DNA of 64,000 nucleotides from Sinosporangium siamense (GTDB taxonomy: Bacteria; Actinomycetota; Actinomycetes; Streptosporangiales; Streptosporangiaceae). The notes under the pieces were generated by a model. The model saw nothing but the letters and a program-made list of their open reading frames with translations. It made no database searches and had not been told where the DNA came from. Location: positions 16,717-80,716 of the forward strand of contig NZ_BOOW01000056.1 of the NCBI RefSeq assembly GCF_016863435.1. Reading direction: 5' to 3'. Positions 9,353 through 18,496 of this stretch are shown here, in pieces (position 1 is the first letter of the stretch; each line of letters begins with the position of its first letter). The position numbers and the translations under genes are program-made.

Positions 9353-9925
9353 TCACCCGTGAGCGCCCGCCAGAACCCGCAGGGCGGCCGAGACCCGCGC
9401 CGCGGAGGGCAACGAGCCGGGGGCGAGCAGGGACTGCAGGACGAACCCGGCGATCATGGAGTGCACGGTGGCGCCGACGCTCCCGGCGGCCTCCTCGTCG
9501 ACCTCCTCGGGCCGGACACCGAGCACCATCGCGGCCAGCGTACGGCGCCCCCGCGCGTATGCCTCCGCGAGGGGCTCCCGTAGAGCGTCCTCGAACTGCG
9601 CCTGCGCATATGCCTGCACGCTCGCCGCCATCAGCTCGCGGTCCCGCTCGACGGCGGCGAACAGACCGTCGAGGAACACCTCCAGCCGCTGCTCGGGGGT
9701 GACGGCGTCGGCCGCGTCGACGGCCGCCTCGATCTTGTCGCCCCACTCCTCGACCGCCGCGAGGACCGCGGTGTTCATCAGGTTGTCCTTGGACCCGAAG
9801 TGATAGCCGATGGAGGCCAGGTGCGCTCCCGAGACGGCGGCGATGTCGCGGGCGGTGGTGCGGGAGTAGCCCTTGTCGATCAAGCACTTCTTCGCGCCGG
9901 CCAGGAGGTCCTCACGTTGGCTCAT
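9353..9925 (-). CDS. TetR-family transcriptional regulator
   Basis: N-terminal HTH (REDLLAGAKKCLIDKGYSRTTARDIAAVSGAHLASIGYHFGSKDNL). Divergent from the MFS gene. Confidence 0.85.
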   Translation of the reverse strand: MSQREDLLAGAKKCLIDKGYSRTTARDIAAVSGAHLASIGYHFGSKDNLMNTAVLAAVEEWGDKIEAAVDAADAVTPEQRLEVFLDGLFAAVERDRELMAASVQAYAQAQFEDALREPLAEAYARGRRTLAAMVLGVRPEEVDEEAAGSVGATVHSMIAGFVLQSLLAPGSLPSAARVSAALRVLAGAHG

Positions 9926-9995
9926 GTCCGGCAGTGTAGCTGTGTGTACGCACGTACGTTTTGACAATTATTTTGACGTACGTACGATCGAAGCC

Positions 9996-11498
9996 ATGTC
10001 TACAACGTCTCCCTCCCCGGCCCGGGCCCGGTGGGCTCTCGCCGTACTCCTGTTGCCGGCGCTGCTCACGTCCATGGACCTGTCGGTGCTCTTCGTGGCA
10101 GGCCCGGCGATCGCCGAAGCCCTCGACCCCACCGGCGCTCAATGGCTCTGGATCATGGACATCTACGGATTCGTCATGGCGAGCCTGCTCATCACCATGG
10201 GCTCCCTCGGCGACCGCATCGGCCGCAAGAGGCTGCTCCTGATCGGAGCGGCGCTCTTCGGCGCCGCCTCGGCGGTGATCGCCTTCGCGCCCACCCCCGA
10301 GACGCTCATCGCCGCCCGCGCGGCGCTCGGGCTCGGCGGGGCGACACTCGCGCCCTCCACCCTCTCCCTGATCCGCGACCTGTTCGCCGACGAGAGGCGG
10401 CGGCTGCGGGCCATCGGCCTCTGGACGATCGCCTTCACCGGCGGCGCCGTCGCCGGTCCCATCGTCGGCGGACTGCTGCTCGAACGCTTCTGGTGGGGGA
10501 CCGTCTTCCTGATCAACGTGCCGGTCATGGTGCTTCTCCTGACGGCGGCGCCGTTTCTGATCCCCGAGTCCAGGAACCCGTCACATGCCCGGTTCGACCT
10601 GACCGGCGCGGCGGCGTCCCTGGTGACCGTCCTCGCCCTCGTCTACGCCATGAAGCACACCGCCGAGCACGGGCCCGACTTCGCCGCCGCCCTTTCGGCC
10701 GCGATCGGGCTGGCGTCCGCCGCGGGCTTCGCCGTACGGCAGAAGCACGCGGAACACCCGCTCATCGATGCCGGCCTGTTCCGCAGCCGTGCCTTCGGCG
10801 CGGCGGTCGCGGCCAACACGATCGCGGCGCTGGCGGCCGCCGGACTGGGGCTGCTCGCCTTCACCTATATGCAAGCCGTCCACGGGCTGAGCCCGCTGCA
10901 GGCGGCGCTTGCCGCGCTGCCGACGTTCGCCGGCACCATGGCGGGGGCCACCGCGGCGGGCGCGCTGAGCGGCCGGTTCGCCCAGGGGCCGCTGCTGGTG
11001 AGCGGGTTGCTCGTCTCCGCCGCCGGGTTCGGCGTCATCGCGTTGACCGCCGCCGGCGGCGGCCTGGGGGTGTTCATCGGTGGATATACCGTGCTCACCC
11101 TGGGGATCGGCGTCACCGGGACCATCGCGAACTCCCTCATCCTGAACACCGCGTCCGCCGAACGCGCGGGTGCGGCCTCCGGGATCTCCGAGACCGGCGC
11201 CGAACTCGGCGCGGCCCTCGGCATCGCCACCCTCGGCACGGTCGCGACTGCCGTCTACCGGAACACCATGGCGGCGGAGGATGTCGCCCCCGCGGCCAGG
11301 GAAAGCATGGCGGGCGCCCTGTCCCTCGGCCCCGGGCCGCACCTCGCAGCCGCCGCCGAAGCGTTCGGCGCCGGGCTCTCGGCGACGGCGCTGGCCGGTG
11401 CGGCGGGGCTGGTGGTGACGTCGGTGCTCGTCGCCGTCGCCGTGCGCTCCCGGCATCGGGCACCGGCCACCCGCCGGGGCGCCGGTTTCTGGCGGTAG
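9996..11498 (+). CDS. MFS drug:H+ antiporter (DHA2-like, ~14 TMS)
   Basis: MFS motifs (GSLGDRIGRKRLLLIGAALF, LGLGGATLAPSTLSLI). Divergent TetR partner. Start at MSTTSPSP (9996) rather than the track start 9873. Confidence 0.85.
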   Translation: MSTTSPSPARARWALAVLLLPALLTSMDLSVLFVAGPAIAEALDPTGAQWLWIMDIYGFVMASLLITMGSLGDRIGRKRLLLIGAALFGAASAVIAFAPTPETLIAARAALGLGGATLAPSTLSLIRDLFADERRRLRAIGLWTIAFTGGAVAGPIVGGLLLERFWWGTVFLINVPVMVLLLTAAPFLIPESRNPSHARFDLTGAAASLVTVLALVYAMKHTAEHGPDFAAALSAAIGLASAAGFAVRQKHAEHPLIDAGLFRSRAFGAAVAANTIAALAAAGLGLLAFTYMQAVHGLSPLQAALAALPTFAGTMAGATAAGALSGRFAQGPLLVSGLLVSAAGFGVIALTAAGGGLGVFIGGYTVLTLGIGVTGTIANSLILNTASAERAGAASGISETGAELGAALGIATLGTVATAVYRNTMAAEDVAPAARESMAGALSLGPGPHLAAAAEAFGAGLSATALAGAAGLVVTSVLVAVAVRSRHRAPATRRGAGFWR

Positions 11499-11508
11499 CC
11501 TGACGCGC

Positions 11509-11880
11509 GTGCTCAACCTCAACGTCCTGCCGGCCATTGTTGTGATCGCGGGGTCGCTGATCCTGGCGTTCGTCAGTCTGATCAACACCGTCCGCGACCG
11601 TGCGATGGGCATGTTCGTCCTCGTCGGCCTGGGGGTGGTCGAGGTCGCCATCCTCGTCCTGGCCGCCGTCATCACGGTCGGCATGATCAACGGCGAGGGG
11701 CCCGCCGACCGGGTGACCCTGATCGGCTACCTCCTGACCATCGTGATCGTCCCGCTGGGGGCCGCCTTCCTCGGCCTGGCCGAGCGCAGCAGGTGGGGTT
11801 CCGGAGTGATCGTGGTCGGTGCGTTCACGGTCGCGGCCATGAGCGGCCGGGTCGTGCAGCTCTGGCAGGGGACGGTGTGA
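11509..11880 (+). CDS. Small integral membrane protein
   Basis: GTG start. Four hydrophobic segments. Stop overlaps the next ORF's start (GTGA). Confidence 0.45.
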   Translation: MLNLNVLPAIVVIAGSLILAFVSLINTVRDRAMGMFVLVGLGVVEVAILVLAAVITVGMINGEGPADRVTLIGYLLTIVIVPLGAAFLGLAERSRWGSGVIVVGAFTVAAMSGRVVQLWQGTV

Positions 11881-12266
11881 CCGAGGCGCGGCAGTCGATC
11901 GGCACCGGCCCGGGGCGGGTGCTCGTCGCGATCTACGGGGTCTTCGCACTGGCGGCGGGGGCGCGGGCCGGTGTGCAGATCGCCACCCGCTTCGCCGAGG
12001 CCCCGGTCGCCTATTCGTTGTCGGCGTTCGCGGCGGCGGTCTACATCGTGGCGACCGTGGCGCTGGCCAAGGGTGCCCGCCGTACGGCTCTTGTGGCGTG
12101 CGGCATTGAGATGGCCGGGGTGCTCGTGATCGGGGCGGTGAGCCTGCTCTTCCCGGCATCCTTCCCCGATCAGACGGTCTGGTCGGAGTTCGGGCGTGGT
12201 TATGTCTTCATCCCGCTCGTTCTGCCGGCCGTCGGGCTCTACTGGCTAGTGCGTTCTTCCCGTTAG
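11877..12266 (+). CDS. Small integral membrane protein
   Basis: GTG at 11877 overlaps the upstream stop. Hydrophobic helices throughout. Confidence 0.45.
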   Translation: MTEARQSIGTGPGRVLVAIYGVFALAAGARAGVQIATRFAEAPVAYSLSAFAAAVYIVATVALAKGARRTALVACGIEMAGVLVIGAVSLLFPASFPDQTVWSEFGRGYVFIPLVLPAVGLYWLVRSSR

Positions 12267-12346
12267 GGGGAATACCAGAGGTTTAGGGTGAATTGCTATG
12301 GTGGTCGGGTTTAAACATCCTATGACTCGATGACTGGAGGCCCGGG

Positions 12347-13555
12347 TTGACCACGACCACAATGCCGCGGGAAACCGTGAGCCGCACGGGGTCACCCGGC
12401 TGGCTGGTCGTCCTTGGCATCGTCCTGGCCGCCCTGAACCTCCGCACCGCGGTCACCAGCATCGGCCCTGTCCTCGACCGCATCGGCGGCGACCTCGCCA
12501 TGTCCGGCTCGATGCTCGGTCTGCTGACCACGCTGCCCGTGCTCAGCTTCGCCGCCTTCGGCGTCCTCACCCCGGCCCTCGGCCGCAGGTTCGGCCAGCA
12601 CACGCTCTTCCTGATCGCCTTGATCGCCATGGGCGCCGGCCTGCTGGTCCGCGCAGCCGCCGGCTCCGCCTGGCTGTTCCTGACCGCGAGCGTGGTCGCC
12701 CTGGCCGGAAGCGCCGTCGGCAACGTGCTGGCCCCCACGCTGATCAAGCAGCATTACCCGCTCCGCCCCGGGGCGATGATGACGGTCTACTCGACCGCCC
12801 TCGCCGTCGGCACGATGATCGGCGCCGCCTTCACGGTGCCGATCCAGGACGCCTTCGGCGGCAACTGGCGCGTCGGCGTCGGCACCTGGGCGGCGCTCGC
12901 GTTCATCTCCGCGATCCCGTGGCTCGCGCTGCTCCGCGAGGACCGCAACGGGCAATACGGCGGAGCCACCGTCGCCCTCGGATCGCTGCTGCGCAACCGG
13001 CTCGCCTGGGCCGTGGCCGTCTACTTCGGCACCCAGTCCCTCATCGCCTACGTGCTGCTTCAGTGGTTGCCGCAGATCGTCATCGACCAGGGCTACAGCG
13101 CCGGCGAGGCCGGGGCGATGCTGGCCGTCTTCACCGGTCTCAGCATCCCCATCTCCCTGATCTTCCCGCCGCTCGCCGCGCGCCTGCGGGACCAGCGGGG
13201 CATCGTCGCCTTCTTCGTCACGCTCTATCTCATCGGCTTCCCCGGCCTGTGGTTCGCCCCCGGCGCCGCCTGGTTGTGGATCGTCGTCCTCGGCGTCGGC
13301 ATGGGCGCCTTCCCTGTGGCCCTCACCCTGCTGGCGTTGCGTGCGCGCAGCGCGCAGGGCACCTCCGCCCTGTCGGCCTTCGCCCAGGGCATCGGCTACC
13401 TCATCGCCGGCATCGGCCCCCTCGCCGTCGGCGTACTAACGGACATCACCGGCGACTGGGACCTGACCTTCGTCCTTCTCCTGACCGCTCTCGCGGTCAA
13501 CGCGTTCGCCGGCTACTTCGCCGGGCGGCGCGGTTTCCTCGAAGACCGGCGTTAG
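12347..13555 (+). CDS. MFS transporter (12 TMS, CynX/NimT-like)
   Basis: 12 predicted TM helices and MFS loop motif LGRRFGQH. Confidence 0.8.
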   Translation: MTTTTMPRETVSRTGSPGWLVVLGIVLAALNLRTAVTSIGPVLDRIGGDLAMSGSMLGLLTTLPVLSFAAFGVLTPALGRRFGQHTLFLIALIAMGAGLLVRAAAGSAWLFLTASVVALAGSAVGNVLAPTLIKQHYPLRPGAMMTVYSTALAVGTMIGAAFTVPIQDAFGGNWRVGVGTWAALAFISAIPWLALLREDRNGQYGGATVALGSLLRNRLAWAVAVYFGTQSLIAYVLLQWLPQIVIDQGYSAGEAGAMLAVFTGLSIPISLIFPPLAARLRDQRGIVAFFVTLYLIGFPGLWFAPGAAWLWIVVLGVGMGAFPVALTLLALRARSAQGTSALSAFAQGIGYLIAGIGPLAVGVLTDITGDWDLTFVLLLTALAVNAFAGYFAGRRGFLEDRR

Positions 13556-13603
13556 TACGGCTCGCGCTCCGGGGGCGGCGCGAGCCGTACTGACCGCCAT
13601 GGG

Positions 13604-13981
13604 TCAGGCGAGCACCCGGTTGACCCGGCGCAGCCCGATGACCTGCATCTCGGCGACGGCTGCCACCAACAGCGCCTGCGCCACGATGAACACGACGCCG
13701 AACACGTTGGGGTCGATCCAGCCGGTGAACAGCAGCACCACGCTGTCGACCGCCCACAGGGCATTGAGGGCGACGATCGTCCAGACGGCGCCGCGGGGGT
13801 GCTGCGGCCTGGTCGCCACGAAACCGATGAACGCGCCGAGCGGCAGCAGGATGATGCCTGTCCACCGCACGAACGGGACGGGCAGCCCGAACAGGTCGGC
13901 GACCGGGCCCGCGGCCACGGCCAGCAGCACGCCGAAGACAGCGCACAGGAGGGCGTCGAACTTCAGAACTCGGGTGAGCAT
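13604..13981 (-). CDS. Small membrane protein (4 TM)
   Basis: Continuous hydrophobic helices with good high-GC codon usage. Confidence 0.45.
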   Translation of the reverse strand: MLTRVLKFDALLCAVFGVLLAVAAGPVADLFGLPVPFVRWTGIILLPLGAFIGFVATRPQHPRGAVWTIVALNALWAVDSVVLLFTGWIDPNVFGVVFIVAQALLVAAVAEMQVIGLRRVNRVLA

Positions 13982-14050
13982 TGGTGTCTCCTCTCGACAC
14001 CCTCATCCGATCCCGGCACCCACTGCCACCTGCAGACTTTTCACTGCCAT

Positions 14051-15364
14051 TCACTGCCAATCCGCGCGTCGCAGGTCGTCGGCGACGAGTTTCGCGGCGG
14101 TTTTCTGCCAGTTGTAGAGCGTGCGCTCGGGAACCTGTGTCGTAAACCACTCGAAGGCCCGGCGGTCGGCACCCGCCAGCCCATGGTGTGTCGCCCCTCG
14201 CCGGTAGGGGCGCAACCCCGCCACGTAGGGGAAGTAGAGCACGTTGAAGTAGCGCCACTCCTCGGAGGTGCCGAACTCCCCCTCGCGCGGCCTCAGCCGG
14301 TTGATGCTCTCCAGCAGCACCGACTTCAACTCCGCCGCCCGATCGAGCGGCTGCCCCGCGCCGCGTTCCTTGACCCGCCGATCGATCAGCGGGAGGTTCA
14401 CCAGAGGGCTGCTCGTCAGCTTCGCCAGATCACCGTAGGCGGCCAGGGCGCGGCGCGTCAGCCGTACGAACTCCTCGTCGTCCATCGGCACCCCCTCGGC
14501 CAGGCGCGGCAGCGCGGCGGCGGCGTCCCGCAGCTCCGCCCGCTCGCGGCGCAGGCCAGCGTCCTTGGGGAACGCCACGCGGTCCAGCAGCCTGTGCAGG
14601 GGGTCGGCCAGGGTGAGCACGGTCACCGCGGCCGCGATCACCCCGAACACCACCGGCGGCGGCGACGGCGACACGAGCACCTGACCGCCGAACACCACCA
14701 CCGCGCCGAGCGCTCCCAGCAGCGACCTGAACATGTCCCGCCAGAGCGACTCGCCGGCCATAAAAGCGCTCGACATGGACATCGCCACACCGAGCATCAC
14801 CACGTCGACCGCGAGCCCCGCCAGCACCAGCCACTCCGGAAGGCCGGTGGGCAACAGGAACAACGCCGCCCCAAGCGCCGCGAACAACGTCGCCACCACG
14901 GCCAGCCACCCGGCCGCGCCCCGCCGCGCCCGCATCAGCGGCACCACCACGGCGATCAGGGGAAGCACCAGCACGAGTGCGAGTACGGCATGAGCCGGAT
15001 GCCAGCCCTCAAACAGCCCGCCGGTCGCCACCACCGCCGTGATCCCCGCCAGCCCCAGGGGAACCAGCCCAAAACGCCACAAACGCTCCAGCGGTCCCGC
15101 ATCCGGGAGCAACCGCAGACATGCCCCCGTCCACAACAGCAGCGGCAACCCCACCAGCACCGACTCGACCCTGCCGAGCAGCACCTTGTCGAGCACCACG
15201 GCGTCCGCCGCCTGCCCCACCCTGAGCGTGTCCACCGCCAACGCCAGCGCGTATACCGCGATGCCCGCCCCGGCCAGCCGCGCCCCCGGCTGTCCGGCCC
15301 CCCTCAGCACGACATATAGCCCAAGCCACCAGGTCAGGCCGAACACAATCGCTGCGAAAACCAC
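14051..15364 (-). CDS. Polytopic membrane protein with ~170-aa cytoplasmic C-terminal domain; hypothetical
   Basis: About 8 TM helices followed by a soluble domain (...EEWRYFNVLYFPYVAGLRPY...). Confidence 0.5.
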   Translation of the reverse strand: MVFAAIVFGLTWWLGLYVVLRGAGQPGARLAGAGIAVYALALAVDTLRVGQAADAVVLDKVLLGRVESVLVGLPLLLWTGACLRLLPDAGPLERLWRFGLVPLGLAGITAVVATGGLFEGWHPAHAVLALVLVLPLIAVVVPLMRARRGAAGWLAVVATLFAALGAALFLLPTGLPEWLVLAGLAVDVVMLGVAMSMSSAFMAGESLWRDMFRSLLGALGAVVVFGGQVLVSPSPPPVVFGVIAAAVTVLTLADPLHRLLDRVAFPKDAGLRRERAELRDAAAALPRLAEGVPMDDEEFVRLTRRALAAYGDLAKLTSSPLVNLPLIDRRVKERGAGQPLDRAAELKSVLLESINRLRPREGEFGTSEEWRYFNVLYFPYVAGLRPYRRGATHHGLAGADRRAFEWFTTQVPERTLYNWQKTAAKLVADDLRRADWQ

Positions 15365-15442
15365 CTGACGAGCCTACGGCGTGCCCAACTCTGCCCATTA
15401 CCCGTGTCCGCCGGGGTTCCGATACACTTACGGACGTCCCAA

Positions 15443-15515
15443 GGGGCTATGGCGCAGTTGGTAGCGCGCCTCCATGGCATGGAGGAGGTCTGGGGTTCGA
15501 ATCCCCATAGCTCCA
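15443..15515 (+). tRNA. tRNA-Ala (anticodon GGC), copy 1
   Basis: 73-nt cloverleaf: 7-bp acceptor stem with G3:U70, anticodon loop AUGGCAU (anticodon GGC), TΨC arm GGTTCGAATCC, discriminator A. Confidence 0.9.
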
Positions 15516-15529
15516 CTTATTTTTACAGA

Positions 15530-15559
15530 GGCGGCGGTGTCCGATGACACCGCCGCTTT
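15530..15559. terminator. Hairpin (GGCGGCGGTGTC-cgat-GACACCGCCGC) followed by TTT; probable bidirectional terminator after tRNA-Ala
   Basis: Perfect 11-12-bp inverted repeat immediately 3' of the tRNA and 3' of the minus-strand ORF ending at 15581. Confidence 0.5.
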
Positions 15560-15580
15560 CGCATGTAGCGGCCGGCTGTC

Positions 15581-16048
15581 TTACGCTCGGCCGCCCAGGT
15601 CGATCCCCGCCTTGGCCACGTCTTCCAACGTCACCAGGTGGTGCATCTGCCGCACTCCCGGTGGCACGTCGCCCTGCAGGAGGCGTTGCACGGTTGCCGC
15701 CGTCATCGTCGCCGTGCCTCTCGACTGGCCGCGCCCGGTGGCCCAGCGGTGGGCGCCGCCCGCCGTGTGCACGGCCACGGTCCAGCCGTCGCCGCCCGGC
15801 AGCGGGGGCAGGAAGCGGTCCACGGCGCGCATCAGGGAGGCGCCACCCGGCACCCAGGTGAGGGCGGCCAAGGAGGCGGCGATGGAGTCGGAGTCGAAGC
15901 ACAGGCGCGAGATCACGGGGACGCCGAGTTCGGCGGTGAGGGTGTGCTGCTCGGGGAAGTCCACCCGGTAGGCCCGGCGAGCGCCGGGCGCGAGCTGCGT
16001 GTCTCGGTGATCCTGCGCGGCAAACAAGCCGGCATGTCGCTCGAACAA
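15581..16048 (-). other. ORF of uncertain status (TTG start); possible 3' fragment of an oxidoreductase-like gene
   Basis: Coding-like GC3 but no recognisable N-terminus. Overlaps the truncated MerR fragment on the opposite strand. Confidence 0.25.
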
Positions 16049-16270
16049 ATGAGCGAGATCATGCGGAACGGCGGCAACGGCGTCTCACGCCGGGAACTCC
16101 TGCTGCGGCACCGCGAGACGCTGGCCGAACGCATGCGTGAGCTACAGGAGTCCGTCCAGGTCATCGAGCATATTCTGGGCTGCCCGCAGGAGGACTTCAT
16201 GCGTTGCGCGGAGTTCCGGATCCTCCTGGGCGACGACACCGAAGTTCCTCTTTCCCCATCCGTGGACTAG
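15990..16270 (+). pseudogene. MerR-family regulator, C-terminal dimerisation half only (N-terminal HTH missing)
   Basis: VSVILRGKQAGMSLEQMSEIMRNG...RETLAERMRELQESVQVIEHILGC matches the MerR linker and coiled-coil. No HTH-encoding sequence upstream in any frame. Confidence 0.5.
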
Positions 16271-16294
16271 CGCGGCGGCACTACAATCGATCGT

Positions 16295-16861
16295 ATGATC
16301 GAATTGCACGCGCTCATGTCCACCGCCTCTGGCCGCCTCTCCCGGCTGGTGCACGGCACCCGGCCCGGCCAGTTCGGCGATCCCACCCCCTGCGCCGACT
16401 ATGACGTGCGCGCACTCATCAACCACGTCAACTACGTCTCCGTGTTGTTCGTGGGGCTGGCGAAGAAGCAGGACATGCCCGCCGACGGCGACTACCTCGG
16501 CGACGACTGGACCCCCGAGGTCCTCGACACCCGCATCGCCGCGCTGCTCGACGCCTGGAGCTCTCCCGCCGCCTACGAGGGCGTCAGCCCGGGGTTCGGC
16601 TTGCCGATGGATCACGTCGCCAAGATGGCGATCTTCGACATGGCCGTGCACGGCTGGGACCTCGCCCGGGCGACGGGCCAGGACTTCGCCGTGGACGACG
16701 AGGTGATCAAGGTGTCCGAGGAGCTCATCAAGGCGATGGCCCCGACCGGCCGCCAGATGGGCGTGTTCGGCGAGGAGAAGCCCGTGCCCGCGGACGCGAC
16801 CCCCTTCGAGCGTGTCCTCGCCCTCAGCGGCCGCGACCCCGAGTGGCGCCCCTCGGCCTGA
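16295..16861 (+). CDS. TIGR03086-like (DinB/mycothiol-maleylpyruvate-isomerase N-terminal-like) actinobacterial protein
   Basis: Pattern LVHGTRPGQFGDPTPCADYDVRALINHV...HGWDLARATGQ typical of this family. Confidence 0.65.
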   Translation: MIELHALMSTASGRLSRLVHGTRPGQFGDPTPCADYDVRALINHVNYVSVLFVGLAKKQDMPADGDYLGDDWTPEVLDTRIAALLDAWSSPAAYEGVSPGFGLPMDHVAKMAIFDMAVHGWDLARATGQDFAVDDEVIKVSEELIKAMAPTGRQMGVFGEEKPVPADATPFERVLALSGRDPEWRPSA

Positions 16862-17004
16862 CCTCCGAGTTCAGGCCGGCCTCACGCCGCCCATGCCCCC
16901 ATGCCTGCCCTGCTTTCCGGTGGCCGGAAGCCGGGCGGCGGGGCCTGAACACCCGGCCATCCTGGCCGGTGACGGCCCTGCGGGTCATCGGTCCCGTGAC
17001 CCGG

Positions 17005-17550
17005 TCAGGACTTACCGAGGATCGGCACGGCTGCCCGGTCGGGTTTGTAGTAGAAGTCGTACATCGCCTGGGCGAACTCGTCCTTCGACAAGCGGCCGTC
17101 CCGGTTGGCGTCGAGCATCTCGAACGCCTCACGTGCCAAAGGGCCCTCCACGTCGAAGGCCGCCCACAGGCGGAGATATTCCGGCCGGTTGAGCTTCTCG
17201 TCGCCGTCGGCGTCGAGCGCGTCCCACAACGCGTCGGTGATCGGCCACACCACCTGCGCCACGAAGGCCGTGCGGTCGAGGTGCGGGGAAAGCGCATGCC
17301 TGATGTATTCGTCCCGGCTGATGCGGCCGTCGCCGTCGAGGTCGATCACGCCGGCGGCGCTGTTCCACGAACGCTCATAAGCCTTGAGCACCATTTCGCG
17401 CTGCGGCGCGCCCAGCCCGAGGCGATCGCAGAGGGCCTCGGCCGCCACCGTCATGTCGCGACGGTCGAGATAGCCGTCGTGGTCCATGTCGCTGGTGTCG
17501 AAGGCCGAACCCGCGTTGCGCGCCAGCTGACCGGCGTAAGGAGAACTCAT
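17005..17550 (-). CDS. EF-hand calcium-binding protein (four EF-hand loops)
   Basis: Four canonical 12-residue loops: DMDHDGYLDRRD, DLDGDGRISRDE, DADGDEKLNRPE, DANRDGRLSKDE. Start ATG overlaps the CDPS stop (ATGA, 17547-17550). Confidence 0.8.
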   Translation of the reverse strand: MSSPYAGQLARNAGSAFDTSDMDHDGYLDRRDMTVAAEALCDRLGLGAPQREMVLKAYERSWNSAAGVIDLDGDGRISRDEYIRHALSPHLDRTAFVAQVVWPITDALWDALDADGDEKLNRPEYLRLWAAFDVEGPLAREAFEMLDANRDGRLSKDEFAQAMYDFYYKPDRAAVPILGKS

Positions 17551-18284
17551 CGTCCACCCCCTTGACGGTTATGGTTGCGGTGCGTGAGATGTGATGTCAA
17601 ATGAGTGACTAAGAACCCCTGCTCAGGGGCGGGGGAGATCGGTAAGACCCCGGAGTACAACTGATCGACGAGCGGCATCACCCGCGGATAGCAGAACAGC
17701 GACGACCCGACGCCGAGGATCGACGGCGAGTCGACCACGAGAGGCAACTCCGCGAAGAGGAACGGCAGCGCCGCCTCCCGCCGCCACCGCTCCAGCCCCG
17801 CCTCGCCCACCACGGCCCCCACCGCGCAGACGCAGTGCTCACGGAAGCCGGCGTCGCTCGTGTACAGCGACTCCACACGTGCCCGCAGCGCGAGGTAGGC
17901 CGCGTCGCCCGCCAGGTCGCCCCACGACAAGACCGGCACCTCCCCAGGCGCGACGCCGAGGACCGCGAGCGCCCGCCCCACCCGGTTGCGCGTGTTGCCC
18001 GCCGCCGCCCGCGCCTTCGCCGGCGCCCTGCCCGGCTCGCAGCCTTTCGCCACCAGGGTGCCCGCCAGCTCCGCGGGCCCCGGCACAAGCACACCGACCT
18101 TGCCGAACGTGCGCACAGCCCACCTCAGCAGCCCCGTCACGACTTGCTGGCTGAAGTAGCCGTTCAAGGCGCTGACGCCGATCAACACGTGCTCTCGCCG
18201 GGTGTAGATCTCCGAGCACCGCCCGCTCAACGGCCGGACCGCGACAGTGTCCATGTTCCTGAAAAATACCAAGCACCTCGCCAA
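17547..18284 (-). CDS. Cyclodipeptide synthase (CDPS, AlbC-like, aminoacyl-tRNA dependent)
   Basis: EHVLIGVSALNGYFSQ aligns to AlbC EHALIGISAGNSYFSQ. ELPLVVDSPSILGVGSSLFCYPRVMPL aligns to AlbC EAPLFADSPGVFSVPSSVLCYHIDTPI. Length ~245 aa. Start uncertain (18284 or internal M at 18254). Confidence 0.75.
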   Translation of the reverse strand: MARCLVFFRNMDTVAVRPLSGRCSEIYTRREHVLIGVSALNGYFSQQVVTGLLRWAVRTFGKVGVLVPGPAELAGTLVAKGCEPGRAPAKARAAAGNTRNRVGRALAVLGVAPGEVPVLSWGDLAGDAAYLALRARVESLYTSDAGFREHCVCAVGAVVGEAGLERWRREAALPFLFAELPLVVDSPSILGVGSSLFCYPRVMPLVDQLYSGVLPISPAPEQGFLVTHLTSHLTHRNHNRQGGGR

Positions 18285-18360
18285 ACGTAGCCGAGTGAAC
18301 GCGGAACGTATTGACGGCTACGAGCAGTCTCGCGCTCCTATATGCTTAATCACGTCTCAA

Positions 18361-18433
18361 GGGGCTATGGCGCAGCTGGTAGCGCGCCTCCATGGCATGG
18401 AGGAGGTCTGGGGTTCGAATCCCCATAGCTCCA
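18361..18433 (+). tRNA. tRNA-Ala (anticodon GGC), copy 2
   Basis: Identical to copy 1 except one D-loop base (AGCTGG vs AGTTGG). G3:U70 present. Confidence 0.9.
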
Positions 18434-18496
18434 CTCGAGGCAAGGGCGACGAGGGTCGGCGGAAAACCGCTGATCGGCGTCGCCTTCGTCATTGTT

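Noticed and set aside
8619-9887. 422-aa ORF as a single gene
   Set aside because: Upstream two-thirds is off-frame over the TetR gene. The genuine PTH2-domain ORF starts at the internal ATG at 9317.
10031-11503. 490-aa plus-strand ORF overlapping the MFS gene in another frame
   Set aside because: Arg/Pro/Gly-rich composition typical of off-frame translation in high-GC DNA. The MFS frame has clear TM periodicity and motifs.
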